Assembly (NCBI RefSeq): GCF_000018105.1
Contig: NC_009925.1
Span: 840,001-872,000, forward strand
Length of the DNA: 32,000 bases
From: Acaryochloris marina MBIC11017
Lineage (GTDB): Bacteria; Cyanobacteriota; Cyanobacteriia; Thermosynechococcales; Thermosynechococcaceae
Direction of reading: 5' to 3'
Part shown: piece by piece, positions 26,617 to 32,000 of the stretch
Numbering within the stretch: position 1 is the first letter of the stretch
How the letters are laid out: every line of letters starts with the position of its first letter
Program-made: the position numbers and the translations under genes
The notes under the pieces: model-generated
Databases searched by the model: none
Told to the model about the DNA's origin: nothing
Seen by the model: only the letters and a program-made list of their open reading frames with translations

Positions 26617-27570
26617 ATGCCAAACCTCAAATCGATTCGTGATCGTATTTCAACGGTCAAGAATACTAAAAAAATTACCGAGGCGATGCGGCTAGTGGCC
26701 GCCGCCAAGGTCCGGCGTGCCCAAGAGCAGGTCACAGCAACCCGTCCCTTTGCGGATCGTCTTGCTCAAGTGCTCTATGGTTTGCAGGCTCGACTCAAGT
26801 TCGAAGAAGTGGAGTTACCCCTGCTGCAAGAACGGGCTTTGCGTAAAGTCTGTCTCTTAGTAGTCACAGGCGATCGCGGTCTCTGTGGTGCTTATAACAG
26901 CAGTGTGATTAAGCGAGCAGAAGAGCGATCCAATGAGCTAAAAGCCAAAGGGATTGACTATACATTCGTCCTCGTGGGTCGGAAAGCGATTCAGTATTTC
27001 CAACGCCGAGATCAGCCTATCGAAGCCACCTACGGTGGCCTGGAGCAAATCCCGACGGCTCAAGAAGCTTCTGAAATTGCTGATGAACTCTTGTCCCTCT
27101 ATCTATCAGAAGAAGTAGATCACGTTGAGTTGATTTACACCCGGTTTATCTCCCTGGTGAATTCTCGACCTGTGGTCCAGACCTTACTGCCTCTCGATCC
27201 AGATGCGTTGGTCGTTGCTGAAGAAGATGAAGTCTTCCGATTGACCACCCGGGGTGGGCAGTTTCAGGTGGAACGTGAGCGCATGGAGCGGGGAACTCCC
27301 CAGGAAATGCCGTCTGACATGATCTTCGAGCAAAATCCCATTCAGATTCTGGATGCTTTGTTGCCGCTGTATTTAAACAATCAGCTACTACGGGCATTGC
27401 AAGAATCAGCCGCCAGTGAATTGGCTGCTCGAATGACTGCGATGAACAATGCCAGTGATAATGCGTCTGAACTGATTGGAACGCTGACCTTGTCCTATAA
27501 CAAGGCGCGACAAGCAGCGATTACGCAAGAACTGCTTGAGGTGGTTGGTGGTGCTGAAGCCCTAAATTAA
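26617..27570 (+). CDS. atpG: F0F1 ATP synthase subunit gamma (cyanobacterial name atpC)
   Basis: 317-aa ORF with N-terminal [36 protein letters not shown] and C-terminal [15 protein letters not shown], both typical of gamma. Confidence 0.96.
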   Translation: MPNLKSIRDRISTVKNTKKITEAMRLVAAAKVRRAQEQVTATRPFADRLAQVLYGLQARLKFEEVELPLLQERALRKVCLLVVTGDRGLCGAYNSSVIKRAEERSNELKAKGIDYTFVLVGRKAIQYFQRRDQPIEATYGGLEQIPTAQEASEIADELLSLYLSEEVDHVELIYTRFISLVNSRPVVQTLLPLDPDALVVAEEDEVFRLTTRGGQFQVERERMERGTPQEMPSDMIFEQNPIQILDALLPLYLNNQLLRALQESAASELAARMTAMNNASDNASELIGTLTLSYNKARQAAITQELLEVVGGAEALN

Positions 27571-27626
27571 AGGGTTTTACCTCCGCAGTCCGACTGCTCT
27601 CTTGATCTAAGTGTTTATATTCCCCG

Positions 27627-28730
27627 TCAGCCCTGGTTCAGTATCTGAATCAGGGTTTCCCCTATCGCCTTACAGCCCAGAACGGTTGTACCTGGAGATT
27701 GAATATCACCTGTCCGATAGCCCTGAGCCAACAAAGTCAGCACAGCAGATTCAACTTTATCCGCCGCTGCTGGCTGATCCAATCCATAGCGCAACATCAT
27801 CGCCACACTCAGCACTTGGGCCAAAGGATTTGCCTTATCCTGACCCGCAATATCCGGGGCAGAGCCATGAACAGGTTCAAATACCCCTGGGCCATCTGCC
27901 CCTAAACTGGCCGAGGGCAACATGCCAATACTGCCCGTGAGCATCGCGGCAATATCCGAGAGAATATCGCCAAATAGATTACTGGTCACGATAGTGTCAA
28001 ACTGTTTAGGCCAGCGGACCAGCTGCATAGCTGCGTTATCTACATACAGATGAGAGAGTTCTACATCAGGATATTCAGAGGAGAGATCGGTGATGCGATC
28101 GCGCCACAGTTGCGACACTTCTAATACATTGGCTTTATCCACCGAACAGAGCTTTCCACCCCGTTTTTGGGCCGTTTCAAAGGCGACTCGACCAATCCGA
28201 TCAATCTCAGCCACGGTATAGGCCATCGTATTGACGCCGCGTTGTTCCCCCGTTTCGGTGCTAAACACCCCTTTGGGTGAGCCGAAATAGACGCCGCCCG
28301 TTAGCTCCCGCACCACCATAATGTCTACGCCCTCAACCACCTCTGGCTTCAGACTGGACGCATCAATCAGTTGGGGCAAAATTTGCGCGGGTCTCAGGTT
28401 AGCAAAGAGTTCTAGTCCTGCCCGTAATCCCAAAAGTCCAGTTTCAGGACGGAGATGGCGGGGCATTGTGTCCCATTTATAGCCCCCAATTGCAGCCAGA
28501 AGCACGGCATCACTCTGCTTACAGGCATCTAAGGTTTGTTTGGGTAGCGGGTTCTCCACCGCATCTATGGCCGCTCCTCCAATCAATGCCTCATTAAATT
28601 CAAAGGTCAAATTTTGCTGTTGCCCTACAACCTTGAGCACATCAACGGCCACGGCCATAATTTCAGGACCAATACCGTCTCCTGGCAACAGCGTAATTCG
28701 ATAGGACTGAGTCATGATGGTTTCGATCAA
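27627..28730 (-). CDS. leuB: 3-isopropylmalate dehydrogenase
   Basis: 367-aa ORF with [26 protein letters not shown] and NLFGDILSD motifs of the isocitrate/isopropylmalate dehydrogenase family. Overall it is LeuB-like. Confidence 0.95.
   Translation of the reverse strand: MIETIMTQSYRITLLPGDGIGPEIMAVAVDVLKVVGQQQNLTFEFNEALIGGAAIDAVENPLPKQTLDACKQSDAVLLAAIGGYKWDTMPRHLRPETGLLGLRAGLELFANLRPAQILPQLIDASSLKPEVVEGVDIMVVRELTGGVYFGSPKGVFSTETGEQRGVNTMAYTVAEIDRIGRVAFETAQKRGGKLCSVDKANVLEVSQLWRDRITDLSSEYPDVELSHLYVDNAAMQLVRWPKQFDTIVTSNLFGDILSDIAAMLTGSIGMLPSASLGADGPGVFEPVHGSAPDIAGQDKANPLAQVLSVAMMLRYGLDQPAAADKVESAVLTLLAQGYRTGDIQSPGTTVLGCKAIGETLIQILNQG
27631..27661 (+). terminator. Candidate atp operon terminator hairpin, lying inside the 3' end of the convergent leuB
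   Basis: An 11-bp stem CCCTGGTTCAG / CTGAATCAGGG (one G-U pair) with a 3-nt loop, followed by TTTCCCC. It lies 60 nt after the atpG stop. The U-tract is short, so the call is tentative. Confidence 0.4.
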
Positions 28731-28844
28731 AAGCGCACAGGCTATCTATCATATGACGCAGCAATCCCCAACACCACAGAACTTGAAAATCTTCATGACT
28801 CAGTCCCTCATCGTTGAAGAGGGGTTTCGGCGGAACCGACTAGC

Positions 28845-29438
28845 TTAGCGATCCGGTGGTTCAACCATGGGTGGGTCAAAGATGACATCTTCGTAGATCG
28901 CCGCCATTTCGCCTTCGTAGTTAACGCTACTCAGCGTAAAGGTTTCACTGGTAGCAGTGTAAGTCTCCAAAACCCATCTACCTTCACTCCGTCGAAAGCA
29001 TTCGATTCGCTGTCGTCTAGGGTTGATTAGTACATATTCCTGCAAACTCTCTAGGGTCTGATAATCAGCGAACTTATCTCCCCGGTCATAGGCTTCTGTT
29101 GAGGCTGAGAGAACTTCTACAATCAGGCAAGGAAATTGCTTGTAGGTTGCCGTTTCCTGATCTCGGTTGTCACAAGTCACCATGACATCAGGATAGAAAA
29201 ATCGGTTATTTGCGTTGATGCGAGCTTTCATATCCGAGATATAAACTCGGCATCCAGACCCTCGTAGATGATTGCGTAAGATGGCAAAGAGATTACCTGC
29301 AATGGTGACGTGGGCATCTGAAGCACCTGCCATAGCATAGACTGCACCATCCCGGTACTCATGCTTAATGGGACTGGCTTCCTCGTAAGAGAGATATTCC
29401 TCTGGAGAGAGATGGATTTGTTCTGGGGAGGCAACCAT
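28845..29438 (-). CDS. Uma2 (DUF820) family putative endonuclease
   Basis: 197-aa ORF with SPEEYLSYEE...KHEYRDGAVYAMAG and a PD-(D/E)xK-like core (YPDVMV ... LIVEVLSASTEAYDRGDKFADY). Confidence 0.85.
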   Translation of the reverse strand: MVASPEQIHLSPEEYLSYEEASPIKHEYRDGAVYAMAGASDAHVTIAGNLFAILRNHLRGSGCRVYISDMKARINANNRFFYPDVMVTCDNRDQETATYKQFPCLIVEVLSASTEAYDRGDKFADYQTLESLQEYVLINPRRQRIECFRRSEGRWVLETYTATSETFTLSSVNYEGEMAAIYEDVIFDPPMVEPPDR

Positions 29439-29600
29439 GATTTCGCTCTAGGGTAAGCAAGTTAGATCTCCCATTTAGAATAACGTGCTGTTTTCCAGAG
29501 ACAATCAGAATTAACAAAAGCCAGAGACTACATCACAACTCCTAGAATAGAAAAAGAGTCAGCTCCTTATCTCTTTCTGTCAACGGAAGTGATTTTATAG

Positions 29601-30182
29601 ATGTTATCTGAACCCCTTATTCTCAATGTTGAAACGGTTCACCTTAGTGATGAGCAGTTTTATCAGTTTTGTATCGCGAATCGCGACCTGAGAGTAGAAC
29701 GGACGAAAGCAGGGAGACTTTTACTCATGCCCCCCGTCGGCGGCGAAAGTGGTAATCGTGAACTAGAGTTCGGTATTGATCTAGGGATTTGGAATCGTCA
29801 AACTCAGCTCGGCAAAGTGTTTAGCTCTTCCACCATTTTTAAGCTCCCTGGTGGTGGAGACCGTTCACCCGATGCCGCCTGGGTTCAACAAGACCGATGG
29901 CATGCTCTCACCCTTGAGCAACAGCAAAAGTTTCCACCGATCGCCCCAGATTTTGTCTTTGAATTGAGATCGCGCACAGATGCTATTGCTCCCTTAAGGG
30001 AAAAAATGGAGGAATATCTCGCCTGCGGGGTCCAGTTAGGATGGCTGTTTAACCCGCAAGAGCAGCAGGTGGAAATTTATCGCCAAAGTCACTCTGCTGA
30101 AGTTAGATCCTTACCCACAAACCTTTCTGGAGAAGATGTTTTACCTGGGTTCCAGTTATCTGTTGAACGGTTTGCAGACTGA
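29601..30182 (+). CDS. Uma2 (DUF820) family putative endonuclease
   Basis: 193-aa ORF with LSDEQFYQFC...RVERTKAGRLLLMPP and core SPDAAWV ... PDFVFELRSRTD...REKMEEY. Confidence 0.85.
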   Translation: MLSEPLILNVETVHLSDEQFYQFCIANRDLRVERTKAGRLLLMPPVGGESGNRELEFGIDLGIWNRQTQLGKVFSSSTIFKLPGGGDRSPDAAWVQQDRWHALTLEQQQKFPPIAPDFVFELRSRTDAIAPLREKMEEYLACGVQLGWLFNPQEQQVEIYRQSHSAEVRSLPTNLSGEDVLPGFQLSVERFAD

Positions 30183-30406
30183 AATTACAATGGTCACTTT
30201 TGTTCAAAACGATTACTGTAGAAATATCCCTCACTTCATCAACGGAGGTGCACCTATGTCGGTCATTGATTTTATCTCTACAACTGATCTGGCTTGACCC
30301 TTAGAGGCATTTGTTACCTTCCATAGTCCACTTGAAATATGGTGGTAGATAAGATTTTGCGCCTCTAGGTGTCTGGCTTACCCCTATAGACACTTAAGGC
30401 ATTCCC

Positions 30407-31471
30407 ATGAATTTAGATTTACTGGGCTGGAGCGACGATCTTGCTCTCAGCTTTGCTCCGTTTGCAGCCCAACAATTCCAGGTGGGTCGAGTCATCCGTC
30501 AACATAAGCAGCTTTACACCCTTTATACCGAATCAGGAGAATTTGCAGCTGAAATCAGCGGTAAGTTTCGCTATCAAGTCCAGAGCGCAGAAGATCTGCC
30601 CTGCGTCGGAGACTGGGTGGTTATTGCTGCTTCAGCCCAAACTGCTACAATTCAGCATCTGTTGCCTCGGCGTACCTTATTTTCCCGTAAGGTGGCCGGA
30701 GGGACGACGGAGGTTCAACTAATTGCAGCCAACCTGGATAGCGTTTTTCTGGTCTGTGGATTAGACCATGACTTTAATGTGCGGCGGATTGAGCGCTACC
30801 TGGTGATGATTTGGGAGAGCGGTGCTCGACCGATCATTGTCTTAAATAAGGTCGATATTGGTGAGCAGATTGAACAGCGTCTCCTTGACTTAGAAACTAT
30901 TGCCCTGGGCATTCCCATGGTTCAAATCAGTGCTTTGCATGATCAAGGGCTGGATGAATTAAGCCCTTGGCTGCAGCCGGGACAAACCGTTGCCCTAGTG
31001 GGTTCATCTGGGGTGGGGAAATCCACGTTAACCAATCAACTCATGGGGGAACCCCTCCAGGCGGTGCAAGCAGTGCGGGCAGATGATAGCCGTGGACGCC
31101 ATACCACCACCAGCCGTCAGCTGATCTGCTTACCCTCCGGGGCCATCTTAATTGATACTCCGGGATTGAGAGAACTCCAGCTGTGGACAGCGCAAACGGG
31201 GGTTTCCACTACGTTTAATGAGATTGAAGCCCTAGCAGAACACTGTCGGTTTCGAGATTGTCAACATCAGAACGAACCGGGCTGCGCCGTGCAGGCGGCT
31301 TTAGCGAGTGGTCAGCTAGAGGCTCAGCGCTTGCAAAGCTACCAAAAACTCCGTAAGGAAGAAGCCTACCTGCACCGCAAGCAAAATCACAAAGCACAGA
31401 TTAACACCAAAGCTCGCTGGAAAAAGATCACTAAATCTATGCGGCAGCGGCAGAAAGATCAATGGCAGTGA
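30407..31471 (+). CDS. rsgA: Ribosome small-subunit-dependent GTPase A
   Basis: 354-aa ORF with the circularly permuted GTPase order LNKVD (G4), GSSGVGKST (G1), DTPG (G3), and the C-terminal zinc knuckle CRFRDCQHQNEPGCAV. Confidence 0.93.
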   Translation: MNLDLLGWSDDLALSFAPFAAQQFQVGRVIRQHKQLYTLYTESGEFAAEISGKFRYQVQSAEDLPCVGDWVVIAASAQTATIQHLLPRRTLFSRKVAGGTTEVQLIAANLDSVFLVCGLDHDFNVRRIERYLVMIWESGARPIIVLNKVDIGEQIEQRLLDLETIALGIPMVQISALHDQGLDELSPWLQPGQTVALVGSSGVGKSTLTNQLMGEPLQAVQAVRADDSRGRHTTTSRQLICLPSGAILIDTPGLRELQLWTAQTGVSTTFNEIEALAEHCRFRDCQHQNEPGCAVQAALASGQLEAQRLQSYQKLRKEEAYLHRKQNHKAQINTKARWKKITKSMRQRQKDQWQ

Positions 31472-31585
31472 GATCAGGGGCAGGGGCTGTGATTGGGACT
31501 AGGATCTGGGGTGATAGTGATCATTGTTCTGTTTGTTGAAATCCCACACCCTGAAAGGTATATGCATCTAACAGGGGAGCAGCCC

Positions 31586-32000
31586 ATGCCTCAATATCGA
31601 CAAAATTTACCCCAATTATCGAGCGACGTTTTTTTGACGGATGGAGGGCTGGAAACCACTCTGATCTTTCATGAAGGCATCGATTTACCTGACTTTGCTG
31701 CCTTCGATTTATTGAAAGATAACCAAGGTTATGAAGCCCTTTACGAGTACTTTCAAACTTATGCTCAGCTCGCTCAGACCTATGAAGTGGGCCTGATCCT
31801 AGAAAGTGCGACCTGGCGGGCTAATCCAGACTGGGGAACCAAGCTCGGGTATGATGCAGCCGAGTTGGCCGCTGTGAATCGAAATGCGATCGCACTTCTC
31901 CATACCATTCGCCAGCAATACGAAACCGAAGCTAGCCGCATGGTCATTAGTGGCTGTATCGGCCCTCGGGGAGACGGGTATCAGGTCGATACGGCCATGA
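31586..32000 (+). CDS. Homocysteine S-methyltransferase family protein, N-terminal part (continues beyond the window end)
   Basis: Not in the ORF track because it runs off the window edge. My translation from ATG 31586 is MPQYRQNLPQLSSDVFLTDGGLETTLIFHEGIDLPDFAAFDLL...LILESATWRANPDWG...VISGCIGPRGDGY, which is MmuM/BHMT-like. Confidence 0.75.
   Translation, partial: MPQYRQNLPQLSSDVFLTDGGLETTLIFHEGIDLPDFAAFDLLKDNQGYEALYEYFQTYAQLAQTYEVGLILESATWRANPDWGTKLGYDAAELAAVNRNAIALLHTIRQQYETEASRMVISGCIGPRGDGYQVDTAM

Noticed and set aside
30183-30406. Possible structured RNA or tRNA in the Uma2-rsgA spacer, with partial complementarity CTTAGAGGC / GCCTCTAGG
   Set aside because: There are only short imperfect complementary segments, no tRNA T-loop (GTTCRANYC) or other motif I can recognise, and no terminator. 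The evidence is insufficient.
31472-31585. Possible SAM/SAH-type riboswitch upstream of the homocysteine S-methyltransferase gene
   Set aside because: I could not identify any conserved riboswitch core or convincing pseudoknot or hairpin by eye in the 114-nt leader. An Rfam scan would be needed before making any claim.

Overview
This window looks like a cyanobacterial chromosomal segment. Four things support that: at least 13 copies of the HIP1 octamer GCGATCGC, an atp1-a-c-b'-b-delta-alpha-gamma ATP synthase operon, an SLH/OprB-type porin, and several Uma2 (DUF820) genes.

Gene content, left to right:
- Urea uptake genes urtC (partial), urtB and urtA on the minus strand.
- A 1.2 kb AT-rich non-coding spacer holding one canonical NtcA-type box.
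- An SLH-domain porin.
- Urease accessory genes ureG and ureF. They are separated from ureE by about 3.5 kb containing a small membrane ORF, a TIM-barrel glycosidase-like lipoprotein, and a Uma2 gene. That Uma2 gene is dead twice over, from an IS3-family insertion with reconstructable ends and target duplication plus an in-frame TGG->TGA.
- cysH, a zinc-ribbon ORF, a methyltransferase, a yefM/yoeB toxin-antitoxin pair with a palindromic operator, a D27-like (DUF4033) gene, a pentapeptide-repeat gene preceded by an unannotated 37-aa membrane ORF, and a second methyltransferase.
- A DUF2059 plus lipoprotein pair, then an AT-rich stretch with a possible WD40 gene remnant.
- An intact large-serine-recombinase homologue whose catalytic residues all appear substituted, then an esterase.
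- The 8-gene ATP synthase operon, leuB, a divergent pair of Uma2 genes, rsgA, and the 5' part of a homocysteine S-methyltransferase gene.

I found no rRNA, tRNA, CRISPR array, restriction-modification system or recognisable multi-gene defence system. Most of the window is ordinary core genome. The most unusual item is the catalytically degenerate recombinase next to the AT-rich remnant region. It is a hypothesis to test, not a demonstrated new system. All protein family calls rest on motif recognition by eye; no database search was run.
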